Source of the DNA: an uncultured Eubacteriales bacterium
Lineage (GTDB): Bacteria > Bacillota > Clostridia > Christensenellales > Borkfalkiaceae
Length of the DNA stretch: 64,000 nt
Assembly (NCBI GenBank): GCA_900542935.1
Contig: UQPN01000001.1
Span: forward strand, 108,149 to 172,148
Direction: 5' to 3'
A program made the translations under genes and the position numbers. Below the pieces are notes generated by a model, which did not search any database, was not told where the DNA came from, and was given only the letters and a program-made list of their open reading frames with translations. Positions 26,591 through 35,844 of the stretch are shown here, piece after piece (within the stretch, counting starts at the first letter, position 1; every line of letters starts with the position of its first letter).

Positions 26591-28355
26591 AAACGGTATG
26601 GTAATGCCGACAGACGTAAACTTCGACCGTAAAAGACAGCGGAAAGTTGTATTTTACGGAAGGGTAAGTACGGAACATGAAGCACAATTGGCTGCATTAG
26701 AGAATCAAATACAGTGGTATGATGATATAGCGGCGAAAAATCCGAATTGGTACATTTTAAAAAAGTATATCGACGAAGGCATCACGGGCACGCAGGCGAA
26801 GAAAAGACCTGCGTTTCTGCAAATGGTGCAGGATGCGAAACAAAAGAAATTCGACCTGATCGTAACGCGTGAAGTATGCCGTTTTGCAAGAAATACGGTG
26901 GATACGCTCGTCGTTACGCGTGAGTTGAAAAACTACGGCGTGGAAGTGTATTTTGTGGAAGACAATATCCGGACGATGGACGGAGACGGTGAACTACGGC
27001 TTACGATTATGGCGACTTTGGCGCAGGAAGAGAGCCGTAAAATTTCCGAACGCGTCCGCGCGGGACAGAAAATAAGCCGAGACAAGGGCGTATTGTTCGG
27101 AAACGGAAATATTCTCGGATATGACCGCGATAAAGCGAAAGGAACTTATGTCATCAATCCCGAACAGGCGGAAACGGTGCGTATGATTTACGATATGTAT
27201 TCTGCGGGCAAGGGGATGTCGCAGATACGCAACGAACTGATACGCCTGAAACGCAAGGACAGTTCCGGGTTGGTGCGCTGGGAAAACTGCAAGATAGCGC
27301 GGATATTGCATAATTCGACCTATAAGGGGTATCCCGCATATCTGAAATCGCGCAGAAACAATTTCCTCGACCAGAAAATCATAAGAAACCGCGACGAAGA
27401 TACCTATCTGTATGTGAAAGGCGATTTCGAGCCGATTATAAGCGAGGAACAGTGGGACAGATGCCGTCAGATACGGGAACAGCGCGTCCGTCGCAATAAA
27501 ATTCTTACGGAAAACGGGGAAAAGAGCCATCTGACAGGCGTTCATACAAGCGACGACGTCTGGACGAAAAAACTCCGCTGCCGTTGCGGTTATCGTATGC
27601 GCAGGAATAAGTGGCGGAAGAACAGAAACGGCGAGTTGATTTACGGATATAAGTGCTATAATCAGTTGAATAACGGCACAAAAACCACAAGGCAACAGGC
27701 GGGTGTGGACGATGCCGGGTTCTGCGACCTGAAAGAAATCTGCGACTGGAAACTTGAAATGATGGCAAGGCGCATTTTCTCGGGTTTATGGGGGAACAAG
27801 AAAGATATTCTGAACAAAGTGTCGTCGTTATATCAGGTAGGCGTGTTTATGGAATATCGCGAAGCCGAAACGGTGAAAGACCGGGTAACGGAACAGCTTG
27901 CCAAACTGGACGAAAAACTGAAAAAACTTACCCGTATGCGGCTGGAGGACGAAATAACGCGGGAATCGTATTTCGAGTTCAAAAGCGAGATAGAGAAAGA
28001 AAAACTCGATTTACTGAGCAAACGGCGGGTGCTGGATGCGGGAATGGTTCCGAACGGAAATCCGGAAGATCCGGCGAAAAAGGTGGAAGACTTTCTGCTG
28101 GCGAAAATGGATTTTACCGACCATCGTATCGACAGAGACGTAATCGGTCAGTTCGTCGGCACGATTGTTCCCGTTACGGAAACGTGTTTCAACTGGTATA
28201 TGAATTTCGACCTTGCAGACAAATCCGACGATATGAAAAAGCTCGTGTGGGAGTTTACGATAGATTATAAAGAAGCGAAATCTTACCGGAAAGAACGGGA
28301 CGGAATGCTCAGGCAAAATCAATGGCACGACCTGACGGTAAGAGTGTTTATGTAA
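26583..28355 (+). CDS. Large serine recombinase (TnpX-like)
   Basis: VVFYGRVSTEHEAQ catalytic-serine region, resolvase fold, recombinase domain, Cys-rich zinc ribbon (CRCGYRMRR...CYNQ) and coiled-coil. Confidence 0.9.
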   Translation: MIENGMVMPTDVNFDRKRQRKVVFYGRVSTEHEAQLAALENQIQWYDDIAAKNPNWYILKKYIDEGITGTQAKKRPAFLQMVQDAKQKKFDLIVTREVCRFARNTVDTLVVTRELKNYGVEVYFVEDNIRTMDGDGELRLTIMATLAQEESRKISERVRAGQKISRDKGVLFGNGNILGYDRDKAKGTYVINPEQAETVRMIYDMYSAGKGMSQIRNELIRLKRKDSSGLVRWENCKIARILHNSTYKGYPAYLKSRRNNFLDQKIIRNRDEDTYLYVKGDFEPIISEEQWDRCRQIREQRVRRNKILTENGEKSHLTGVHTSDDVWTKKLRCRCGYRMRRNKWRKNRNGELIYGYKCYNQLNNGTKTTRQQAGVDDAGFCDLKEICDWKLEMMARRIFSGLWGNKKDILNKVSSLYQVGVFMEYREAETVKDRVTEQLAKLDEKLKKLTRMRLEDEITRESYFEFKSEIEKEKLDLLSKRRVLDAGMVPNGNPEDPAKKVEDFLLAKMDFTDHRIDRDVIGQFVGTIVPVTETCFNWYMNFDLADKSDDMKKLVWEFTIDYKEAKSYRKERDGMLRQNQWHDLTVRVFM

Positions 28356-28369
28356 CTTTACCGACAGAC

Positions 28370-28415
28370 AGAAAAACGCCGTCCTTTGCTTTTGCGGAGG
28401 ACGGCGTTTTTTAAT
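28370..28415 (+). terminator. Rho-independent terminator after the recombinase
   Basis: aacgccgtcc-N14-ggacggcgtt stem plus T6. Confidence 0.7.
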
Positions 28416-28454
28416 GCTTTCAGACTAATAAAAAGATTTCGGGTTTACGATATT

Positions 28455-28506
28455 CCGATTTTATTCCTTTTTAGAAGAAACGAATATCGGATTTTATTCC
28501 TTTTTA
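28455..28506. repeat. Two 19-bp direct repeats (c[cg]gattttattccttttta) 33 bp apart upstream of the AbiL-like pair
   Basis: Direct reading of the sequence. Confidence 0.6.
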
Positions 28507-28719
28507 CAATAAAACAATATCCGAAAGACAATAAGAGATTGACAATAGATCTGAAGAACCAAAACGAAGGGGATTATCAGAAAATAATCCGTCATCTGTC
28601 AATTATTTTTATTAGATTTGCATAAAAAATGCAGAAACGGCAAAAATATTTGCGTAATGAGGCGGTTTTGGTTGACTTTTTGGAGTTTAAAAAATATAAT
28701 ATAATCAAGAGGTATCGTT

Positions 28720-29991
28720 ATGATCATTGATTTTAAATTTAAGAACTATATGTCGTTTGCCGACGAATGTGATTTTACAATGCTTGCAAACAAAGATAAA
28801 TCGCATGAGGAAAATCTGATCGTTGAGAAAAAAGACAGGATTTCGAAAACAAGAATGATTTACGGGGCAAATGCTTCGGGTAAATCGTCCTTTATCAATG
28901 CGATGCTTTTTGTCGTTTCGTTTATTGCCAACTCAAACGCTTTACTCGAAAAAAGACCTATACCTGTAAGTCCGTTTAAGTTTTGCGACGACTGTTTTAA
29001 TAAGCCGTCGGAATTTTCCGTTACATTTATTAAGGATGGATTAAAGTACGCTTATCGTTTTAGTTGTACGAGAGAAAAGGTAATCGATGAACGCTTGGAT
29101 ATTTATTATTCGGCGAAGCCTACAATGATTTTCAACAGAACGAATACAAATAATTACGACTTTAATAAAGATGGAAAGCTTTTGAATGTATTGAAAGACA
29201 GAAATCTGGAAAATAAGTTGTTTTTGGTTACCTCGGCATCGTGGAATTATGAAAAAACCAAACCGGTGGTGGATTATTTTCTGAATACCATAATGGTCGC
29301 ATTGGATATAGAGCCGCTTTGGAAAGCAAATCTGGATAGGATTTATGCCAATAATGAAGTCAATGAATATAAAGCATTTTGTTTGAAAATGTTGAATAGT
29401 GCGGATATAAGTATCAGCGATTTCAGCGTGGATTCGAAAAAGATTAAAGATGTCGGTAAAAACATAAACACTATCAAGGAATTTCTTCGTATAGCAACCA
29501 AAGGGAATGAAGAAGCGATAGCGCATCTTGAAAATTCAAACGTATACGATTTTATGACGTATCATGACGTTATGAGTGATAAGGGGACCAGAAGATATGC
29601 TTTGAATATAAACGAAGAATCTGTCGGTACCACCAAGATGTTTATGTATTCTCCGTTACTGTACTATGTGTTTAAAGAAGGTAAAGTTTTATTCGTGGAT
29701 GAGCTTGATAAAAGTTTTCATCCGTTGATGGTAGAATATCTTGTAAAGATGTTTCTGGACAAAAACATCAATACGAATAATGCTCAGCTTATTGCAAATA
29801 CGCATGACACGAATCTGCTTGACTTAAATATTTTCAGGAGAGACGATATCTGGTTTACGGAAAGGGATTATGAAAGCGGTAAAACGGAAATGTATCCGTT
29901 ATCCGATTTTTCGCCGAGAACATCCGAAAACATTGAAAAGGCGTATCTTCTGGGAAGATTCGGTGCTATTCCTTTCATTAAGGGGGTATAG
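28720..29991 (+). CDS. AbiLi/RloA-like AAA ATPase (OLD/ABC-type ATP-binding protein)
   Basis: Walker A GANASGKSSF, Walker B LFVDELDKSFHP, H-loop NTHD. Confidence 0.75.
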   Translation: MIIDFKFKNYMSFADECDFTMLANKDKSHEENLIVEKKDRISKTRMIYGANASGKSSFINAMLFVVSFIANSNALLEKRPIPVSPFKFCDDCFNKPSEFSVTFIKDGLKYAYRFSCTREKVIDERLDIYYSAKPTMIFNRTNTNNYDFNKDGKLLNVLKDRNLENKLFLVTSASWNYEKTKPVVDYFLNTIMVALDIEPLWKANLDRIYANNEVNEYKAFCLKMLNSADISISDFSVDSKKIKDVGKNINTIKEFLRIATKGNEEAIAHLENSNVYDFMTYHDVMSDKGTRRYALNINEESVGTTKMFMYSPLLYYVFKEGKVLFVDELDKSFHPLMVEYLVKMFLDKNINTNNAQLIANTHDTNLLDLNIFRRDDIWFTERDYESGKTEMYPLSDFSPRTSENIEKAYLLGRFGAIPFIKGV

Positions 29992-29992
29992 T

Positions 29993-30601
29993 ATGGCTCA
30001 GCGCGCGAAATATAAGAGAGACCGAAAACCTCTTATTTTTATTGTTTGTGAAGGGCGTAATAAGACTGAAAGGACGTATTTCGGACATTTCAATACCAGA
30101 AAAGCACCTTTCAATTTACATATAGTGAACAGTGAGGCTACAGATATCGCCAGCATGGCGAAAAAAGCCGCAGATATATTTATCGAAAACCAACTGGATT
30201 CCGAATTGGGCGATAAGGTATATTGCCTGGTGGATTTAGATTTGGAACAATGTAAATATGAGAAATACGCCAAAGCCAAAAAGAAATATAAAAACATAGA
30301 AATTATTCCGTCTAATCCATGCTTTGAAATCTGGCTTTTATATTATTTTACAGAAGCGCCCAAAGTAGTTCATTCGTCTCAACGCGTTAAAGAAGAAATG
30401 GTAAAGAAATTACCGGGGTATACGGAAAGTATGGATGTTGTGGGTGTTGCAAATCTGTATGACAAACATTGGATTGCAATCAAGAATTCGGAAACAAAAA
30501 ATAGCAGGTATACCGAGGAACTTAATATACTTTCAAAAAATCCGTATACAGAGGTGGCGACCGTTGTCAAGGAATTGTTAAAGCGGCTGAAGGAATCGTA
30601 A
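29993..30601 (+). CDS. AbiLii/RloB-like protein (DUF4276, Toprim-like)
   Basis: LIFIVCEGRNKTERTYF matches the RloB signature; IPSNPCFEIWLLYYF; starts 1 nt after the ATPase stop. Confidence 0.75.
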   Translation: MAQRAKYKRDRKPLIFIVCEGRNKTERTYFGHFNTRKAPFNLHIVNSEATDIASMAKKAADIFIENQLDSELGDKVYCLVDLDLEQCKYEKYAKAKKKYKNIEIIPSNPCFEIWLLYYFTEAPKVVHSSQRVKEEMVKKLPGYTESMDVVGVANLYDKHWIAIKNSETKNSRYTEELNILSKNPYTEVATVVKELLKRLKES

Positions 30602-31052
30602 AAAGCCGCATTTAATTGTTCTTTATTTTAGTTTTATTATTAGCGGTTATTGGCTAAAAATTCAAAAAAATACGGAAAAACGGCGCAAGAAAACGCAAAA
30701 AAAATATTGCGTACAGTCGGGCGATAATATATATCCCGAAGACGGGCGATTTTCGATTGCAGACAGTAATGTTACCTATCGGTCGCTTTTGAAAGCTTTT
30801 GCGCAGGCGAACATTCGCAATCCCAGGTCCTAAATCTTGGGCTAAAACTTAATTAAAACACTATATATTGTGTTTGTGAGCCTGTATCTTTTAGGTACAG
30901 GCTCTGTTTTTATCTTTTTACGGCAAAAAATAAGCCAAAAAATCGCTGAAAAAAGTTTTATTCCACCGAAGTTGAACACTTTACAAGGGTAAAAAATTTT
31001 GGTATAATGAATAATAAAGAAAGTCATAGTAAAAAGGGTAAAAACGGGTAAA

Positions 31053-31589
31053 ATGACCAATTACAGAGCTATTTTAGAGTATCATTATAAAGGAAACACC
31101 ACAACGCAAGTCGCAAGGATTTGTGAATGTTCTCGTACAACGGTGTTGAAAACGATAAAAAGAGCGAAAGAATGCGGTCTTACTCAATCTTCTGTTGCCG
31201 GAATGAACGATTTTAAGCTTCTTTGTAAACTTTATCCTAATAGAGTTCAAAGAGCAGAATATACTTACCCTGATTTTGAGGCTATTATCAAAGATAAGAA
31301 GAAGAGAAAATTAACGAAATACGTTGCTTGGCGCAGATATTATAAAAGAACGATTGCGGCAGGCGGTAGACCATATAAAAAATCCCAATTTTTTAAGTTG
31401 TATAAAACGTTTTATAGTAGAAGTAGTCTTAGATTTAAGAATACGAAAACAATAGACCAAATAAAGGCATATAGGCTTGTTGGTCGTTATTTTGAATCTT
31501 CAAGAATGACAAATTCTCTTGAAAATTTGAAAAGCGAAATTTTGGAGTTTTGTAAAAAACTGCGATTGTGTCCACAACGGATATTTTAG
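31053..31589 (+). pseudogene. IS21-family IstA N-terminal fragment, second copy
   Basis: MTNYRAILEYHYKGNTTTQVARICECSRTTV...YVAWRRYYKR; about 40% identical to 9396-9947; own -35/-10 promoter (ttgaac...tataat) at 30972-31008. Confidence 0.55.
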
Positions 31590-32063
31590 CTTTTCAAGTG
31601 TGCCAAATATGGCTTTTCTTAGGCGCTCGAAAAACTTGGCATTCTTGGCACTCTTGAACAAATTTATATCAAATAGCGTCTTTTTGCCTAAAAAAGCGTA
31701 AAAATACGCCGTTTTTGCTACACTAAGGATGCCAATGGGTTTTGCGCACTTGAATTTCTTGCGTTAAAATATACCCGTTTGGGTATAATACGCTAAAAAA
31801 ACTTAAGAATAGTCCCGAAATGGTATAAAAACGATTACATATTTGCTCCGCAAAATTGTATTTAATGCAATTATCTGGAGCAAATATTTTTTGTATAAAA
31901 ATTAACTAAATTTACGCAAAACCCCCAAGAAATGCAGTGTTTTACGTTAAAATGGTTAAAAATTAAAGATTTAAAATAAAATTACCTAAATTGCATAAAA
32001 AGCGTTGACATTTATTCGTAAATTATGTAAAATAGGTATAACAATATAAGGAAAAATGTAGAA

Positions 32064-32801
32064 ATGGAAGATTTTTATCAAACTCACGCATTGTTTCGTA
32101 CACAAGATATTTTAGAAAATTTTACAAGTGTTCGTAGCATGCAAGCGAAATTAAAATCATTAATTGACGTCGGTCGTATAGCCAAAATAAAAAACGGGTT
32201 ATATGCGACGGTCAATCCTTTAACAGGAGATATATTTGCGAGTCGTTTTGAAATAGCGTCAGCGCTCTTTGAAAATGCCTGCGTTGCATATCATTCGGCG
32301 TTAGAATTTCACGGGTTTGGCAATCAAATGTTTTCGGAAGTGCAAGTTTTTACCGAGAAAAGAAATATTCCCTTTGAATATAACGGGCTTGAATATAAAT
32401 TTTTCTCTTATACCGCAAAGGGTGGAATAATGCGCTTAGAACAAAATGCGGAAATCGTCGTTACGGATTTAGAAAAAACGGTTGTTGACTGTATTGACCG
32501 CATTGACCTTGCAGGTGGACTTGAAGAACTTGTTACGGCGTTAAACGGGATAACACATCTTGACGAGCAAGCGTTATTGACCTATTTAAAAGAATATGAT
32601 AAGAAATTCGTTTATAAAAAAGCGGGATTTTTACTTTCATTACTCAAGAAAGACATTTTTTCACAAAACTTCTTTGATATATGCAAGCAAAATTGCTCTA
32701 TAAAATTAGAAGATATAAGCGAAAACAAAAAGATGCCGAGAAAAACGGATAAGTATTGGGGGCTTATGTATCCTGAAAAACTTATAAACACGGAGAACTG
32801 A
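32064..32801 (+). CDS. AbiEi-family antitoxin/transcriptional regulator (type IV TA)
   Basis: N-terminal wHTH with KNGLYATV motif; immediately precedes the AbiEii gene (2-nt gap). Confidence 0.7.
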   Translation: MEDFYQTHALFRTQDILENFTSVRSMQAKLKSLIDVGRIAKIKNGLYATVNPLTGDIFASRFEIASALFENACVAYHSALEFHGFGNQMFSEVQVFTEKRNIPFEYNGLEYKFFSYTAKGGIMRLEQNAEIVVTDLEKTVVDCIDRIDLAGGLEELVTALNGITHLDEQALLTYLKEYDKKFVYKKAGFLLSLLKKDIFSQNFFDICKQNCSIKLEDISENKKMPRKTDKYWGLMYPEKLINTEN

Positions 32802-32802
32802 T

Positions 32803-33738
32803 ATGATAAACCTAGCTCAAAAGAACGTAGTTAAAATAGCAAAAGAAACCAACTTTATAAAAGATAACGTTGAAAAGGTTATGCGCCTTGCGGATATTTT
32901 AGAGTTTGTGTTTACGTCTAAGTGGAAAGATAAACTCGCTCTTAAAGGTGGAACGGCTATCAATTTGTTTTATCGTGAACTTCCAAGACTTTCGGTTGAT
33001 ATTGATTTAGACTATATCGGCGACACGAAAGAAGAAATGGAAAAAGATAAGGAAGAACTTTGGAACTTCTTGCAAATGGCATTATTTCAAAAGAATTATT
33101 CTCTTTCGCCGCAAAGCAAAAGATATTTTGCTTTAGATTCCGCCGTTTTTCAATATATCAATAACGCAGGCAACCGAGACAATATCAAAATAGAAATAAA
33201 TTATCTTGACAGAAAGCATGTTCTTCCGTTAAATGATAAACATATTAAAACACCTGTTGCCGAAAGCGATACGTGCGTAAAAGTTTTAAGTGCTTGTGAA
33301 TTATACGGAAGTAAACTTGCGGCATTGATTGGTCGTTGTAAGCCAAGAGATATTTACGACGTTTACGGGCTTATTGAAAGTGGGGATGTGGAAGATAAAG
33401 AAATGCTTAAAAAGTGCACAATCTTCTATAACTGTATCGGTGGCGATGCTAGCATTTGCGACGTTTCGCTTGATATTTTAGATGGAGTTACGGACAGAGA
33501 TATTAACAGGCAATTAAAACCTATGCTTAACAAAAACGACCGTTTCAAAAAAGACGCGGTAATCGCATCGATAAAAGAATATTTGCAAGAATTGCTTGTG
33601 TTTAGCGATAACGAAAAGGAATTTGTAAAAGAGTTTGCTTCTAAAAACTATCGCCCTGAACTTTTATTTGAAGATAAAGATATTGTAGAACGCATCTATA
33701 CGCACCCGATGGCATTGTGGAGAGTTAGAGAAAATTAA
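32803..33738 (+). CDS. AbiEii/AbiGii nucleotidyltransferase toxin (DUF1814)
   Basis: LALKGGTAINLFYRELPRLSVDIDLDY is the NTase motif. Confidence 0.85.
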   Translation: MINLAQKNVVKIAKETNFIKDNVEKVMRLADILEFVFTSKWKDKLALKGGTAINLFYRELPRLSVDIDLDYIGDTKEEMEKDKEELWNFLQMALFQKNYSLSPQSKRYFALDSAVFQYINNAGNRDNIKIEINYLDRKHVLPLNDKHIKTPVAESDTCVKVLSACELYGSKLAALIGRCKPRDIYDVYGLIESGDVEDKEMLKKCTIFYNCIGGDASICDVSLDILDGVTDRDINRQLKPMLNKNDRFKKDAVIASIKEYLQELLVFSDNEKEFVKEFASKNYRPELLFEDKDIVERIYTHPMALWRVREN

Positions 33739-33822
33739 AAACTTTTATAAATATGACTGAAGTTGTCATATATACTGTGCTAAAATCAAGTTGATTTTAG
33801 CAAACAAGGAGAAAGGCTTATT

Positions 33823-35500
33823 ATGAGTCGTTGTTTATATAACAGCAGTTTTGAGAAATTCATAAACGCTGATGATAATTCAATATTTTGTGCGTTATGT
33901 GATAATTATCACGGTGACGCACTTACAACCACAAGAGAAGCTTGGAGGTCTGAAATATCCATCATAAAGGGAGTTTTATTAAATTATGCGGATAAAAATG
34001 GTCAAGTTATATTTGAATATGATATTCCGCGTCTTGGAAAGCGTATTGACGTCGTTTTGCTTTTCAAAGGCATAGTTTTTTGCGTTGAATTTAAGGTTGG
34101 CGAATCAAAGATATTAGAGGCAGATATTGACAAAGTTCTTGACTATGCATTAGACCTTAAAAACTTCCATAAATTTAGTCAGGACAATCTTATTGTTCCT
34201 ATTTTAGTTGCAACAAATTATAGCAATTCGTCTACCGATATTAGAATGTCCGTTTATGATGACAGGTTTTTAATCCGCTCGTAACAGGCAAAGCAGGCGA
34301 TATCATAGAAGCGAAAGCAAAAAACTCTCCGATTCACGTAGAGAGGTAGGCAAGTTTATTCAAATTATCCACCGTTATCGTGATAATATGCTTGCAAAAA
34401 TCAAGAATCCGGTTGAAAACGGAGTTTTAGAGATTGACACTGAAAAGGCGGTAAAACTTGCAGAATCTGGCTACGGCGAAGTGGAACACGTTGCAATTTT
34501 TGACGAGGCGCAACGTTCTTGGACGCATAAAAGACTTGCGGATTATCTTAAAAGAGGCGGAACGTACGGTAATATATTAAAAGTTCCTAATTTTCCTATG
34601 TCTGAGGCGGCGTTTTTGATTTGGTCACTTGACCAACGTGAGGGATGGGCAACGATTATTTGTCTTGTTGGTGGCGGTCAAGAAATTAACACGGGTGAAG
34701 CTGGTATTTCCGAGTGGATTAACGCGCTTAATGAAAAATTCCCGCATTGGAATGTTTATATTTCGTCGAAATTAACGGAGGCAGAATACGCCGAAGGTAA
34801 AGTGAACGTATTGCTTGAAAAGAACGATAAAGTTACATATTCTGACAATTTACACCTTGCGGTTTCCTTGCGTTCTTATAGAGCGGAAAAACTCTCTGCG
34901 TTTGTTCATGTATTGCTGGCTATTGAGCCGACTGCGGCGGAATTATATAAAGAAATTAAGGGCAAGTATTCTATCGTACTTACAAGGGGGATATGGAAAA
35001 GGCAAAAAGGTGGTTACACGATAAAGTTAGGGGAACGAAGCGCACAGGTGTTCTTATAACAAAGGAGTCGGCAAGATTTAAGCCTTCGGGGATCCACGTA
35101 TTACTTTCAGGTGATGAAAATGCTGTTCATTGGTTCTTAGGAGATAAAATTGACACAAGAGCATCAAATTATCTTGAAGATGCGGCAACAGAAATCCAAG
35201 TACAAGGATTAGAGCTTGATTATACGTGTTTACTTTGGGATGCCGATATGCGATATGAAAACGGCTAGTGTCGTTTTTATAGATTTAACGGGCAAATAAT
35301 CCCGTGAAATAGCGCGCGAAAACAAGCAAGATTTAATGAAGTATATGCTTAATGCTTACCGTGTTTTATTGACACGTGCGAGAGCTGGTATGGTTATATG
35401 TGTTCCTGAAGGCAATGGAAACAAAAAACCCTAGTGGATTTTGGGAAGATTGTACACGTTTGCCTGAATATTACAACGGTACATATCAATACTTAAAAAG
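33823..35500 (+). pseudogene. Frameshifted/truncated paralogue of the DUF2075 gene at 10483-12612
   Basis: Three consecutive ORFs (33823-34284, 34388-35059, 34993-35268) are 75-85% identical to successive parts of the intact copy; the Walker A region is missing; stops and frame changes. Confidence 0.8.
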
Positions 35501-35521
35501 TTTAGGAATGAAGAAATATAA

Positions 35522-35842
35522 ATGAAAGAAATTATTTACGACAAACTTGTACGAGACAAAATCCCCAAAATCATTGAAAAGTCGGGTAAACAGTGTGAAA
35601 TAGAAATTCTGTCCGACGAAAAACATCTTGAAATGATAGATAAAAAGCTTGATGAGGAACTTGCGGAATATCACAAGGACCAAAACATTGAAGAACTTGC
35701 GGACCTTTTAGAAGTTATTTATGCGGCAACAAAGGCGCGCGGGTATTCTATTGAAGAATTAGAAAAGGTTAGGACTGAAAAGGCAGAAAGACATGGTGGA
35801 TTTGATAAGAAAATATTACTTAAAAAAGTAATAGAGGAGTAA
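35522..35842 (+). CDS. MazG-like all-alpha nucleoside triphosphate pyrophosphohydrolase (small)
   Basis: KLVRDKIPKIIE...EELADLLEVIYA...ERHGGF pattern; 106 aa; stop 2 nt before the next start. Confidence 0.6.
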   Translation: MKEIIYDKLVRDKIPKIIEKSGKQCEIEILSDEKHLEMIDKKLDEELAEYHKDQNIEELADLLEVIYAATKARGYSIEELEKVRTEKAERHGGFDKKILLKKVIEE

Positions 35843-35844
35843 AG

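Larger units (their letters stand above)
23760..28420 (+). mobile_element. Tn4451-like mobilisable element remnant A (relaxase, TnpV-like, small peptide, RHH, SHOCT-like, large serine recombinase)
   Basis: Gene content and order; about 45% GC; paralogous module at 47.4-53.2 kb. Confidence 0.5.
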
